The position numbers and the translations under genes are program-made. A model generated the notes under the pieces. That model was not told the origin of the DNA. It saw nothing but the letters and a program-made list of their open reading frames with translations, and did not search any database. Below are positions 50,650 to 60,556 of a stretch of 64,000 bases of DNA, piece after piece. The stretch is from Nitrospirota bacterium (GTDB lineage: Bacteria; Nitrospirota; Thermodesulfovibrionia; UBA6902), in the NCBI GenBank assembly GCA_016208905.1, contig JACQXG010000052.1, positions 551 to 64,550 on the forward strand, written 5' to 3'. Position 1 is the first letter of the stretch. Each line of letters begins with the position of its first letter.

Positions 50650-51966
50650 TCATTTATAAATCAGTTTTAACAATCTATCGGCCAATTGAGTGTCAATGGA
50701 TTTCAATATCTTGTACCTCTCCAGGGCCGAGCCCTTATCTCTCAGCAGCAAATACACAATACCAAGATTATAATGAGCTTCCGGGTAACCGGCCCTGAAC
50801 TTTAAAACCTTTTGAAATGCCGCCTCCGCCTCTGTGTAGGCGCCTGTTTTTTCATAGGCAATGCCGAGATTGTAATACGCATCTGGAAAATCGGGATTGA
50901 GACTTACAGCCTGCCTGCAGGCTTCTATTCCCTCCCTGTACATGCCTAATTTCTCGTAGGCAATGCCTATATTATAATACGCATCCGCAAAATCGGGCTC
51001 AATCTTTACCGCCTGCTTTAAAACTTCCAGGGCTTCTCTATACATGCCTAGCTTTCCATATGTTACGCCAAGACTGAAGTGCGCATCAGCAAAGTCGGTT
51101 TTTGATTTTACCGCCTCTTTAAAAGCCCTTGCCGCTTCTTTATTCTTACCTGAATTTTCATAGGCTATACCAAGATAATAGTATGCATCCGCAAAACCCG
51201 GCTTAAGACGTATTGACTCACTTAAGACATCTATCGCCTCTTTGTGCGCGCCGGTCTCGGAGAGGAAATATCCGAGGTAGAACCAGTAGTCGGCTGATTC
51301 CCGGTAGTCTTTTATTAATCTGTCTGTTGATATAACGATCTTCCTGCTGTTAATTTTATCTCTGATGAGATTCAAAGGCATTGCTAAAATGAGTTTCTCA
51401 GTCCTTTTCAGGAGAAATGTCACTATGCCGATGACCTCGCCATCGCTGTTAAATACAGGGCTGCCGCTGCTTCCATGAGAGACAGTGGCGGTAATCTCAA
51501 TGACCTTCCTTCCCGCTGAAGTTGTTCTTATCTTCCTGAATTTCCCTTCATGAATGATATTTCCCGGATCTTCAGTTTTGCTTATAACATAAACCTTCCC
51601 GCCGGGATTTATTTTTTCAAAATCTCCGGGCCTCACTGCAGGCATATCTCCGCCTTTTACCTTGAGAATTACTATGTCATTTTCCTTGTCTGCATAAGTG
51701 ATCCCCTCAACATTCAGCACCCTGCCGCCAGCCGTGACCTTTATGTCCTTTGCAATGGCTATAACATGATAATTTGTAATAACTGCGCCATCTGCGTTTA
51801 CAAAAAATCCGGTCCCCTCAGTAAGCGGCTGGCCCTTTTTGTTATACGCTGTTACAACTACAATTGACTTCCGGTTTTCTCTGAAAACACTGCCGGCATC
51901 GGCAAAAGAATGGGCAGGGACGAATAATAACGCAATCAGAAGTATGAGTATTTTTAGAGAATTCAT
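50650..51966 (-). CDS. secreted trypsin-like serine protease fused to TPR repeats
   Basis: 438 aa with a signal peptide. Contains ITNYHV (His), GSSGSPVF (Ser), and then 6 or more TPR units (ADAYYYLGIAYE... repeated). Confidence 0.75.
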   Translation of the reverse strand: MNSLKILILLIALLFVPAHSFADAGSVFRENRKSIVVVTAYNKKGQPLTEGTGFFVNADGAVITNYHVIAIAKDIKVTAGGRVLNVEGITYADKENDIVILKVKGGDMPAVRPGDFEKINPGGKVYVISKTEDPGNIIHEGKFRKIRTTSAGRKVIEITATVSHGSSGSPVFNSDGEVIGIVTFLLKRTEKLILAMPLNLIRDKINSRKIVISTDRLIKDYRESADYWFYLGYFLSETGAHKEAIDVLSESIRLKPGFADAYYYLGIAYENSGKNKEAARAFKEAVKSKTDFADAHFSLGVTYGKLGMYREALEVLKQAVKIEPDFADAYYNIGIAYEKLGMYREGIEACRQAVSLNPDFPDAYYNLGIAYEKTGAYTEAEAAFQKVLKFRAGYPEAHYNLGIVYLLLRDKGSALERYKILKSIDTQLADRLLKLIYK

Positions 51967-52101
51967 TTTCTCGAATTATAACAGTAACTGTATGCTTCTT
52001 TGTAAATACTGCAAGAAATCCCGCAGGAGTCAGGGATGATTCCCTCTGATATCATCTGAGATTACAATATGATATAATTTCGTACAGGAAGGATGGGCAT
52101 A

Positions 52102-52803
52102 ATGAAAAAATTAATCGTGCGGGCATTTATTTTATCTTTGCTGATAACCATATGCTGTTTTGCTCATGCATTCGGGAAGGAGACAATAGATATGAAAGAT
52201 ATACACTGGTTAGGTCATGACACCTTTAAAATAGTCGGTGAGAACATTATCTATACAGATCCATTTAAGATCAAGAAAGGCGATCTCGCTGATATTATCC
52301 TGATTACTCATGAGCACCATGATCACTGTTCCCCGGATGATGTTAAGAAAATTCAAAAAAACAATTCGGTCATAGTTACAACCCCTGATTGTGCAGTAAA
52401 GCTGTCCGGGAATATCAAAACTGTGAAGCCCGGAGACAGCCTTACTGTTAACGGCATTGAAATTGAGGTAGTACCCGCTTATAACACAAATAAACAGTTC
52501 CATACAAAAAACCGAAACTGGGTTGGATATATATTTACAGTAAATGGTCAGCGTATATATATTGCCGGCGATACGGATTACATCCCTGAAATGAAGACTT
52601 TCAAAGCCGATATCGCATTATTACCTGTTTCCGGAACATATGTTATGACTGCTGACGAGGCGGTCCGGGCAGCGCTTGATATAAACCCCAAAATCGCCAT
52701 TCCGATGCACTACAACTCAATCGTCGGATCGGAAAAAGATGCAGAGAAATTTGCAGCGGGCTTAAAGGGCAGGATCGAAGTTAAAATTCTTAAAGAAGAA
52801 TAG
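52102..52803 (+). CDS. MBL-fold metallo-hydrolase, secreted
   Basis: Contains HEHHDH (HxHxDH) and a signal peptide. I prefer the start at ATG 52102 (9 nt after GGAAGG) over 52093. Confidence 0.7.
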   Translation: MKKLIVRAFILSLLITICCFAHAFGKETIDMKDIHWLGHDTFKIVGENIIYTDPFKIKKGDLADIILITHEHHDHCSPDDVKKIQKNNSVIVTTPDCAVKLSGNIKTVKPGDSLTVNGIEIEVVPAYNTNKQFHTKNRNWVGYIFTVNGQRIYIAGDTDYIPEMKTFKADIALLPVSGTYVMTADEAVRAALDINPKIAIPMHYNSIVGSEKDAEKFAAGLKGRIEVKILKEE

Positions 52804-52806
52804 TAG

Positions 52807-52825
52807 GGGCGAGGTCACCTCGCCC
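52807..52825 (+). terminator. GC-rich hairpin directly after the MBL-hydrolase stop
   Basis: GGGCGAGG-TCA-CCTCGCCC, followed by TTGCATTG. The U-tract is weak. Confidence 0.45.
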
Positions 52826-52870
52826 TTGCATTGAGATCACTTCTCTCTTTTATTAAATGGGTAAACCAAC

Positions 52871-53500
52871 TTGGCTGATGCACAGAAGATAGCAAATCTC
52901 CTCCTTCAAAAATACCCGGAACCAAAGATAGCGCTTAATTTCTCCAACCCTCTGGAACTCCTGGTTGCGACTATCCTGTCCGCCCGGTGCACGGACGTTA
53001 AGGTAAATGAAGTTACCGGGAATCTTTTCAGGAAATATAAGACCGCAAAGGATTTTGCCGGAGCCAAGACAGAAATCTTTGAGGCAGAAATTATGCCCAC
53101 AGGCTTTTATAAAAATAAGTCCAGGATGATAATTAATTGCTGTAAAAAAATCATTTCGGACTTTAAAGGCAGGGTCCCGGCCACACTTGAGGAGCTTATT
53201 TCGCTTCCGGGCGTCGGAAGAAAAACTGCAAATGTGGTACTGGGGAGTGCATTCAATAAACAGGCAATTGCGGTTGACACCCATGTATTGAGGGTCTCAA
53301 ACAGGCTCGGTATTGCCCATTCTGATAATCCCGATAACGTGGAAGAAGAGCTGATAAGACAGCTCCCTGAAAACAAATTGACCAAATTCAATCTTGCCCT
53401 GATTCTGCACGGCAGAGAGACGTGTACTGCAATAAAGCCGAAATGCGGGGGATGTGTTCTTTATAAAGAATGCGAATGGCCGGAGAAACCTGTTGTCTGA
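52871..53500 (+). CDS. nth: endonuclease III
   Basis: 209 aa with a TTG start. The HhH-GPD region reads LPGVGRKTANVVL. The 4Fe-4S loop is CTAIKPKCGGCVLYKEC. Confidence 0.85.
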   Translation: MADAQKIANLLLQKYPEPKIALNFSNPLELLVATILSARCTDVKVNEVTGNLFRKYKTAKDFAGAKTEIFEAEIMPTGFYKNKSRMIINCCKKIISDFKGRVPATLEELISLPGVGRKTANVVLGSAFNKQAIAVDTHVLRVSNRLGIAHSDNPDNVEEELIRQLPENKLTKFNLALILHGRETCTAIKPKCGGCVLYKECEWPEKPVV

Positions 53501-53524
53501 TTTATCTCTAATGTTTCATAAACA

Positions 53525-53570
53525 GGCAGGTGAGATTGCCGGGAAACCTTTACCGTCAATCTCACCTGCC
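53525..53570 (+). terminator. 14-bp perfect hairpin between nth and birA
   Basis: GGCAGGTGAGATTG (53525-53538) pairs with CAATCTCACCTGCC (53557-53570) across an 18-nt loop. There is no U-tract. Confidence 0.4.
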
Positions 53571-53619
53571 CTGCTGTAGATATTTAATGCAACTTTATGC
53601 TTAGGACGGTCTTAAAAAG

Positions 53620-54408
53620 ATGTTTACAAAGGAAGAAATAATCTCTGTTTTTAGAGGCGACATTATAGGCAGGGAAATAATTTATTCAGAATCAACTACT
53701 TCGACAAATGACATGGCCTTTGAAGTCGGTCGTAATAGAACTGATCCTGAGGGGATCGTAGTAGTAGCGGATACACAGACGCAGGGAAAGGGAAGACTGG
53801 GCAGAAGCTGGATATCCCCTGCCGGGGTCAATCTGTATTTTACTTTATTATTAAATCCGCCTATTTCTCCGGAAGATGCAACAATAATTTCATTAGCCGC
53901 ACCTGCGGCCGTTGCCGCCGCCATAAGAAAGCATACAGGGCTGCCCGCTCAAATAAAATGGCCCAATGACATCCATATAAGCAGCAAAAAAGCCGGTGGT
54001 ATACTTGTCGAAATGAAAGCCAATAAGGACAATACCATTCTATTAGCTGTCGGCATAGGGATAAATGTAAATATGCCTCCGGATGCCCTGCCGCCTGACA
54101 TAAGACCATTATCCACATCGCTTAAGACAGAAAAGGGTAAATCTATCGACAGGTTAAAACTCTTGCGGGAAATGCTTTCAGAACTGGAGAACTCCTATAA
54201 ATTCCTTTTACATGGTAATAAGAGGGCTTTAATTAATGACTGGGTTCGATTAAACTCCACTATAGGCAGAACCGTCTCGGTCCAGAGCCAGGAGAGGACC
54301 ATATCAGGAATTGCAGAGAATATTAATGATAAAGGCGAACTGCTTGTGAGGCTTTCTTCCGGAGATATTGAAGTAGTTAGAGCAGGAGACGTGACTATAT
54401 TGAAATAG
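53620..54408 (+). CDS. birA: biotin-[acetyl-CoA-carboxylase] ligase (no N-terminal HTH)
   Basis: 262 aa. Contains QTQGKGRLGRSW (the GRGRxGRxW-type motif), KWPNDI, and a C-terminal SH3-like tail. Confidence 0.85.
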   Translation: MFTKEEIISVFRGDIIGREIIYSESTTSTNDMAFEVGRNRTDPEGIVVVADTQTQGKGRLGRSWISPAGVNLYFTLLLNPPISPEDATIISLAAPAAVAAAIRKHTGLPAQIKWPNDIHISSKKAGGILVEMKANKDNTILLAVGIGINVNMPPDALPPDIRPLSTSLKTEKGKSIDRLKLLREMLSELENSYKFLLHGNKRALINDWVRLNSTIGRTVSVQSQERTISGIAENINDKGELLVRLSSGDIEVVRAGDVTILK

Positions 54409-54451
54409 GACTCAAGGAGACAGGTATTCAAGCAATGGATTTTTTTCACTT

Positions 54452-54475
54452 GAACCCTTAAACCCTTGATCCCTT
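54452..54475. repeat. three tandem octamers (GAACCCTT AAACCCTT GATCCCTT)
   Basis: Read directly from the birA-coaX spacer. Confidence 0.6.
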
Positions 54476-54493
54476 ATTTATTTTTTATAAATT

Positions 54494-55255
54494 ATGCTTT
54501 TACTAATCGACATAGGCAACACGAATATAACAATTGGATTTTATTACAAAGGGGAGATAAGGAATTCTTTGCGGCTCAGGACAATCGTTCAAGGCCGGGA
54601 CAGTGCTGAATACTCCTATATTCTGACAGGAGTTATCAGCCATCATAAAATGCAAAAACCCAAAGGCGCCGTTATTTGTTCTGTTGTTCCTGAGGTTACA
54701 TCATTTCTAGAAAGTGCTATAAGTAATAGCTTTGGGATAATGCCGTTCCACGTAAATCAAAATTCAAAAACAGGATTAACGTTCCAGCTAAAAAACGTGG
54801 AAACACTGGGCGCCGACAGAATTGCTAATGCAGTTGCCGCACATAATTTATACGAAGGGAACTTAATTGTGGTTGATTTTGGAACAGCAACTACTTTTTG
54901 TGCAGTCACTGAAAAGGGGGAATATATGGGCGGCGCAATAATGCCCGGAGTCGAATTGTCAGCCCTTGCCCTTGCAGAAAAAACCTCAAAGCTGCCGCTG
55001 GTTGAGTTAAAACCATATAATAATATACTGGGGAAAAATACTGCAGAGAATATTCGTACAGGCGTAATTTTGGGGCATGCCGGCGCTGTCGAAAGGATAA
55101 TCAGTGAGATAATAATAGAAACCGGCAAAGATTTCACAGTTATTGCAACAGGGGGCCTTGTTGATTTAATGAAGCCATATATAAAAGCTATTGATTACGT
55201 TAATCATTTATTGACCTTTGAGGGATTAATATTATTTTATGAGCTTAATTCATAG
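54494..55255 (+). CDS. coaX: type III pantothenate kinase
   Basis: 253 aa. MLLLIDIGNTN, GADR and DFGTATT are hallmarks of the type III enzyme. Confidence 0.85.
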   Translation: MLLLIDIGNTNITIGFYYKGEIRNSLRLRTIVQGRDSAEYSYILTGVISHHKMQKPKGAVICSVVPEVTSFLESAISNSFGIMPFHVNQNSKTGLTFQLKNVETLGADRIANAVAAHNLYEGNLIVVDFGTATTFCAVTEKGEYMGGAIMPGVELSALALAEKTSKLPLVELKPYNNILGKNTAENIRTGVILGHAGAVERIISEIIIETGKDFTVIATGGLVDLMKPYIKAIDYVNHLLTFEGLILFYELNS

Positions 55256-55281
55256 TGAACTTCGTTCCAAAAGAGACAAAG

Positions 55282-55327
55282 TGTCAGTGATGAGTGTCAG
55301 TGTCAGTAATGAAAATAACTGACACCA
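55282..55327. repeat. GTGTCAGT octamer copies (three direct, one inverted) forming an 8-bp hairpin
   Basis: GTGTCAGT occurs at 55282, 55295 and 55301. ACTGACAC lies at 55319-55326. The loop is 10 nt. Confidence 0.6.
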
Positions 55328-55452
55328 TCTTGAACCTTTTATACGAATTAGGATGATGATTGAATTTCAGAAAAAAGCGAAAAACTTATAAATAACAATT
55401 TCTAAATTAATCTGTCTTCGTACAGAAGGCGGGAATTTAAGGAGGTCACTTT

Positions 55453-55953
55453 ATGAAAGTTGAGCGAATATTATTTCCAACAGATTTTTCAGAAGGTTCG
55501 GCGCATGCACTGCATTATGCGGTGGATCTTGTAAAGCATTATAATGCGAAGCTTTACATACTTCATGTCATTTATGATATCGGGAAGGCGTTCGGGTCAC
55601 ATGTACCTCATGTATCCGCGGATGAACTTCACAAAGAAATGAATACATGGGCCATGAAAGAGATGGATACGTGCTGTATAGAAGAGACAAGGGGACTTGC
55701 AAAGGTAGACAAGTCGGTATTGGTAGGGGTACCATATGAAGAAATAATAAAGTTTGCTGACAAAGAAAATATTGATTTAATAGTGATAGGGACCTATGGA
55801 AGATCCGGCCTTGAAAGGTTTATCTTCGGCAGCACTGCTGAAAGGGTTGTCAGGAGAGCGCCATGCCCAGTGATGACAGTAAGGGTCCATGAAGGTGTAT
55901 CTCTCAGAGAATGCCTTTATGGGCCTGCTGCTAAGCAGTGCGGAAGTCTTTAA
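55453..55953 (+). CDS. universal stress protein (UspA family)
   Basis: 166 aa. Contains ILFPTDFSE...A, GTYGRSGLERFIFGSTAERVVRRAPCPVMTV. The RBS AAGGAGG lies upstream. Confidence 0.8.
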   Translation: MKVERILFPTDFSEGSAHALHYAVDLVKHYNAKLYILHVIYDIGKAFGSHVPHVSADELHKEMNTWAMKEMDTCCIEETRGLAKVDKSVLVGVPYEEIIKFADKENIDLIVIGTYGRSGLERFIFGSTAERVVRRAPCPVMTVRVHEGVSLRECLYGPAAKQCGSL

Positions 55954-56407
55954 AAAGGAATCCCTTGGTTATTTGCTGGGTTATCGCCTCGATGACCGAT
56001 TTATAGTGGAATATGCATTCAGCCTTCAAACAGCAAGAAGACAACGAAGAGGAGTTATATTCCATGACAGGGACCAAAAAAAAATAGAACCGATACTGTC
56101 AAATTTTTCGAAACTTCAGATAGTAGGAGATTTCCATTCACATACGCCTTACGGAAACGAAAAAGGGATAGCCATTCCCAGTCCCGTGGATATCAAGGGG
56201 ATGAAAGAAGATAATCTCTATATAATAATTGCCATCAATGAATTAAGGGTATCCAAATCATGGAATGAAAATAAAGACGGCTGCATATCCGGCAGCATGG
56301 GGAACTTCTTCTTTAAGATATCCGCATATTTTTATCCCTATATCAACAGCATTCCCCGTAAGTCCCCTATATATTGCCCATTCCCACCCGGGTTGAAAGT
56401 AGGTTAG
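55889..56407 (+). CDS. JAB/MPN (JAMM) metalloprotease-domain protein
   Basis: 172 aa. Contains E..G.L.G (ESLGYLLG) and the JAMM-like sequence GDFHSHTPYG...PSPVD. The 5' end overlaps the Usp gene by 65 nt (35 nt if the start is ATG 55919). Confidence 0.6.
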   Translation: MKVYLSENAFMGLLLSSAEVFKKESLGYLLGYRLDDRFIVEYAFSLQTARRQRRGVIFHDRDQKKIEPILSNFSKLQIVGDFHSHTPYGNEKGIAIPSPVDIKGMKEDNLYIIIAINELRVSKSWNENKDGCISGSMGNFFFKISAYFYPYINSIPRKSPIYCPFPPGLKVG

Positions 56408-56476
56408 AATAAAAATATATGTGTGAATGACAACTACAGTATCTTTGTTTATGAACTCTCAAGTAACTGAAAGAAA

Positions 56477-57310
56477 TTGAATTTTTTTGTTTTTATTTTC
56501 GCATCCATAGTATCTCATCTCCTGGTAATCGGATTCTTATACTTAATACATCCATTTACAGATACAGAGTCTAATGTCTTTAAAGTAGACATTGTCGTCC
56601 CTGGAGAAAGCAGGAAATTGCCGGATACCAAATCGATGAAATCCGCTATAAAGAAAATAAGACCTCCTGCTATCATAAAAAATGAGCCCCTTGTCAGATA
56701 CCGCCGAAGGCCTCCTGAAAAGGAAATAATGCCACAAACCCTGCACGGGGAAGGTACGGGTGATTATGAAAAAAGCCCTGCGGATTCAAAAAATTCTTTA
56801 TCCCCGAGTAAGGGAAAAAATGCCTCCCGGAAAGGAGAAAATAAATCTTCATTGACTCCATCAAAGGAGCAGGGCCTTGCCCAGCCGGACAAAGATGGTT
56901 CCGCTTTAGCGCCGCATTCCTATCTTTTTGACAAAAAAACTATAGAAAAATTTGCCAGTGAAGGTTCATCTCCCAAAAAAGGCCTGACCTTTGATACATC
57001 CGAATTCAAGCACCGCGGGTACATGAGAATGTTAAAAGAAAGAATTGAAGATATATGGAAGTATCCGGCTGAAGCAGCAAGACAGGGAATATCCGGAGAT
57101 CTTTACATGAAATTCTCCATTAAAAAAGATGGAAGGATTGCTGATATAGAACTTTTAAGGACCTCCGGACACAAGGAACTTGACGAGGCTGCCATGAAAG
57201 CAGTCAAAAATGCCGAACCCTTCTGGCCGTTGCCTGAAGACTGGGACAAGGACATCCTGGAAATAAAAGGACACTTTATTTATGTTTTCGGTAATACCCT
57301 GGTTATGTAA
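56477..57310 (+). CDS. TonB-family energy transducer (N-terminal anchor, Pro/Lys-rich spacer, TonB_C)
   Basis: 277 aa with a TTG start. The C-terminal sequence YPAEAARQGISGDLYMKFSIKKDGRIADIELLRTSGHKELDEAAMKAV is a typical TonB C-terminal domain. Confidence 0.7.
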   Translation: MNFFVFIFASIVSHLLVIGFLYLIHPFTDTESNVFKVDIVVPGESRKLPDTKSMKSAIKKIRPPAIIKNEPLVRYRRRPPEKEIMPQTLHGEGTGDYEKSPADSKNSLSPSKGKNASRKGENKSSLTPSKEQGLAQPDKDGSALAPHSYLFDKKTIEKFASEGSSPKKGLTFDTSEFKHRGYMRMLKERIEDIWKYPAEAARQGISGDLYMKFSIKKDGRIADIELLRTSGHKELDEAAMKAVKNAEPFWPLPEDWDKDILEIKGHFIYVFGNTLVM

Positions 57311-57365
57311 GTTATTAAAAGAGTCACTTATAATATAAAAAAAACTGCTATAATATTTTCCAATT

Positions 57366-58133
57366 ATGGGAATCTTGAGGATGATAAGATGGCTGGATGT
57401 CCTGGATATCCTGATTGTTACTGTAATAATTTACAGGGGCCTTCTGATAATAAAGGGCACCAAGGCCGCTCAGATGCTGATCGGTCTCGGAGTCCTGTTT
57501 CTCGCCCTTCTTTTTTCAAAATACGCAGGACTCTATACTACTGATTGGATCATACAAAGTTTATGGACACAGATCGTACTTGCGCTTATTATTTTATTCC
57601 AGCCTGAAATCAGAAAAACACTTGCCCATATGGGCGAGGCCCGCTTCCTGACGTCCTTTGCCTCGGCAGAAGGACTTAGGTCATTAGAAGAAATTGTCAA
57701 GGGCTCTATAGCGCTTGCCAACAGAAAGATCGGCGCCCTGATCGTAATAGAAAAAGAGATGGATCTTAAGGATTTCATCGAAATGGGCACACAGCTTGAT
57801 GCAAAGGTGACACGGGAATTGCTGTTAAGTATTTTCCATCCCACTTCACCAATTCATGATGGAGCAATTATCATTCGAGGCAACCGCGTCATTGCAGCAG
57901 GGTGCTTTCTGCCCCTTACTTTAAGCGCCGATATATCCAAGACCTTCGGCACCAGACATCGTGCAGGAATAGGCTTAACAGAAGAGACTGATGCTGTTGT
58001 TATAATAGTTTCCGAAGAGACAGGCAGCATTACAACAGCAGTCGGCAACAAACTCGATAAAAATGTGGATATGGGATCACTCAGGGACTTTCTCACTGAG
58101 AATTTCTTTGCTCCAAAAGAAGAAAAACAATGA
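57366..58133 (+). CDS. cdaA: diadenylate cyclase CdaA
   Basis: 255 aa. Three N-terminal TM helices are followed by a DAC domain with DGAIII and the GTRHRAG motif. Confidence 0.9.
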   Translation: MGILRMIRWLDVLDILIVTVIIYRGLLIIKGTKAAQMLIGLGVLFLALLFSKYAGLYTTDWIIQSLWTQIVLALIILFQPEIRKTLAHMGEARFLTSFASAEGLRSLEEIVKGSIALANRKIGALIVIEKEMDLKDFIEMGTQLDAKVTRELLLSIFHPTSPIHDGAIIIRGNRVIAAGCFLPLTLSADISKTFGTRHRAGIGLTEETDAVVIIVSEETGSITTAVGNKLDKNVDMGSLRDFLTENFFAPKEEKQ

Positions 58134-58783
58134 AAGAGTTTTTCACAACAAATATCTGGCTGAAACTGATATCACTAATTATGGCGGTTGCATTGTGGTT
58201 TTTCGTTATGTTGAGCGGCCGGTCCGAGGTGACTATGGACGTTCCCGTCAAGTTCATTAATATTAATGAAAAATTTGAGATTGTGGATTATCCGAAGGTA
58301 ATCAGCATATCCATAGAAGGACAGGAACGGCTGCTTAAATATTTAAAACCTGATGAAATAAATGCTGTTCTTGATGTCAGTGAAGCTAAATCAGGAAGGT
58401 CTTTTTATACCATCTCAAAAGATAATATCAAACTGCCGAAATCATTTCTGGTGACAAGTATAAACCCTGAAACATTCAGCCTGACAATCGAACTGCAGTT
58501 AAAGAAAGTCGTGTCCGTCAAGCCGCATATAGTTGGGTCCCCTGAAAAAGGTTTTAAGCTTGTTGCGATAAAAGTAGAACCAGAATCAGTGATATTGGAA
58601 GGGCCTAAAAGTGCGATTTCAAAGATTGATATCATAAAGACAGAGCCGATAGATATTAACGGGATAAACAGTAATTTGGTTTATAAAGCCAATCTTAATT
58701 TGTCCGACACTCTTATAAAGAAAAATATAAATAAAGTCGATATTAAATTGTCCGTAGAAAAAATAATCAGGGAGACGCATTAA
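58130..58783 (+). CDS. cdaR: CdaR (YbbR-domain) regulator of CdaA
   Basis: 217 aa with an N-terminal TM helix and beta-rich YbbR-like repeats. It shows 4-nt overlap coupling to cdaA and sits in the conserved cdaA-cdaR-glmM position. Confidence 0.7.
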   Translation: MKEFFTTNIWLKLISLIMAVALWFFVMLSGRSEVTMDVPVKFININEKFEIVDYPKVISISIEGQERLLKYLKPDEINAVLDVSEAKSGRSFYTISKDNIKLPKSFLVTSINPETFSLTIELQLKKVVSVKPHIVGSPEKGFKLVAIKVEPESVILEGPKSAISKIDIIKTEPIDINGINSNLVYKANLNLSDTLIKKNINKVDIKLSVEKIIRETH

Positions 58784-60147
58784 TGGTCGACAGAAAAAAA
58801 AGAGTGAAGCTCTTTGGAACGGACGGCATCAGGGGCAAAGCCAACCATTACCCGATGACCGGGGAAATAGCCTTTGAGGTTGGAAGGGCGGCAGCTTATG
58901 TTCTTGGGAAAATAAACGGCCGCAATAAAATCCTCATAGGTAAAGACACCAGACTATCGGGTTATATGCTTGAAAGCGCGCTTACGTCCGGTATATGTTC
59001 CATGGGCATGAACGTTGTGCTTGTGGGTCCTATGCCGACGCCGGGGATTGCTTTTGTTACGAGGAGCCTTCGTGTTGATGCCGGGGTCGTGATATCAGCA
59101 TCACACAATCCTTATGACGATAATGGTATTAAATTCTTTTCCTCCGATGGCTTCAAGCTTCCCGACCGCACTGAAAATGATATAGAACAGGCGATGTTTA
59201 CCGAAGCACTCGAAAAAATCAGGCCTGAGGGCGCCGGGATAGGCAAGGCATTAAGGGTAGACGATGCATCAGGAAGGTACATAGAATATGTTAAGTCGAC
59301 TTTTCCAAAAGGCAGAACACTCGATGGCATGAAAGTTGTCATCGACTGCAGCAATGGTTCAGCGTACAAGATTACGCCTTCAGTACTAAATGAACTGGGC
59401 GCCGATGTTATAGCAATTAACTCTAAACCCGACGGGATAAATATAAATGCAAATTGCGGGGCCACACATCCTGAGGCCATGCAGAAGGCTGTTTTGGAAT
59501 ATAAAGCAGATGTCGGAATTGCCCATGACGGTGATGCAGACAGGACTATAATCTGCGACGAAAGAGGTGAAATAGCAGACGGCGATAAGATAATGGCGAT
59601 ATGCGCCCTGGACATGAAAAAAGAGGGTGCACTGAAAGGAAATACTGTCGTTGCTACTGTAATGAGCAATATAGGTTTTGAACTTTTTCTTAAAAAGTCC
59701 GGAATAAAAGTAATCAGGACAAAAGTGGGCGACAGATACGTAGTCGAGGAAATGATGAAAAGAGGGTGTAATCTGGGAGGCGAACAGTCAGGTCACATAA
59801 TCTTTTTAGATCACAATACAACGGGAGATGGTCCGATAACTGCTCTTCAGGTGCTGTCCATTATGTGCAGGAGAGAAAAAAGCCTGTCTGATCTGGTCTC
59901 TTCTATCCCCATCTACCCGCAGATACTTGTTAACGTTCACGTGCTCAAGCCTATGGAGATAGATGCATTCCCAAAGATAAAAAATGCCATTAATAAAGCC
60001 GGGAAAAATCTCAAAAGCGGCAGAATCCTTGTCAGGCCTTCTGGAACAGAGCCCAAAGTCAGGGTAATGGTTGAAGGTGATAACATGAATAAAATCACAA
60101 CCATAGCAGAGGAAATCGCTGAAGTCATAAAATCAAATATGAAATGA
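58783..60147 (+). CDS. glmM: phosphoglucosamine mutase
   Basis: 454 aa. Contains FGTDGIRG, the phosphoserine loop SASHNPYDDNGIKFF, and DGDADR. Confidence 0.9.
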   Translation: MVDRKKRVKLFGTDGIRGKANHYPMTGEIAFEVGRAAAYVLGKINGRNKILIGKDTRLSGYMLESALTSGICSMGMNVVLVGPMPTPGIAFVTRSLRVDAGVVISASHNPYDDNGIKFFSSDGFKLPDRTENDIEQAMFTEALEKIRPEGAGIGKALRVDDASGRYIEYVKSTFPKGRTLDGMKVVIDCSNGSAYKITPSVLNELGADVIAINSKPDGININANCGATHPEAMQKAVLEYKADVGIAHDGDADRTIICDERGEIADGDKIMAICALDMKKEGALKGNTVVATVMSNIGFELFLKKSGIKVIRTKVGDRYVVEEMMKRGCNLGGEQSGHIIFLDHNTTGDGPITALQVLSIMCRREKSLSDLVSSIPIYPQILVNVHVLKPMEIDAFPKIKNAINKAGKNLKSGRILVRPSGTEPKVRVMVEGDNMNKITTIAEEIAEVIKSNMK

Positions 60148-60265
60148 CAGTCCCCTTCCCTTGGAAAGATTTACAAGGGAGCATCGTATTTATTCCCTCT
60201 TTGTCAGGGAGGGTTCCAAAGATCCTTGCCACCCGTAACTGAACGGGTGTCCATCTGCCTTTGTA

Positions 60266-60295
60266 TTGACTTTCAAGTCAGTTCTAAAGTAATGT
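60266..60295 (+). promoter_or_regulatory. candidate promoter for tRNA-fMet (TTGACT-18-TAATGT)
   Basis: TTGACT lies at 60266-60271 and TAATGT at 60290-60295, which places the transcription start a few nt before the tRNA 5' end. Confidence 0.35.
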
Positions 60296-60306
60296 ATATC
60301 ACGGTT

Positions 60307-60383
<77 letters not shown>

Positions 60384-60401
60384 ATTTTTTACTTAGTGTC
60401 G

Positions 60402-60441
60402 AAGGGTTAGAGTAAAGGTTAATTCCTCTGACCTTTTTTTT
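60402..60441 (+). terminator. rho-independent terminator after the tRNA
   Basis: The stem is GGTTAGAG / CTCTGACC (one G-U pair) with a 13-nt loop, followed by T8 (60434-60441). Confidence 0.7.
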
Positions 60442-60556
60442 GCTGGAGTTCCCCCGGTTTAATAGACACATTTTTGACTGTAGCGAACCGGTTTATAAAA
60501 AAAATTCAAGGGTCATAAAGGACTATACAGTAATAGAGCAGACAATTTGTTCTTAT

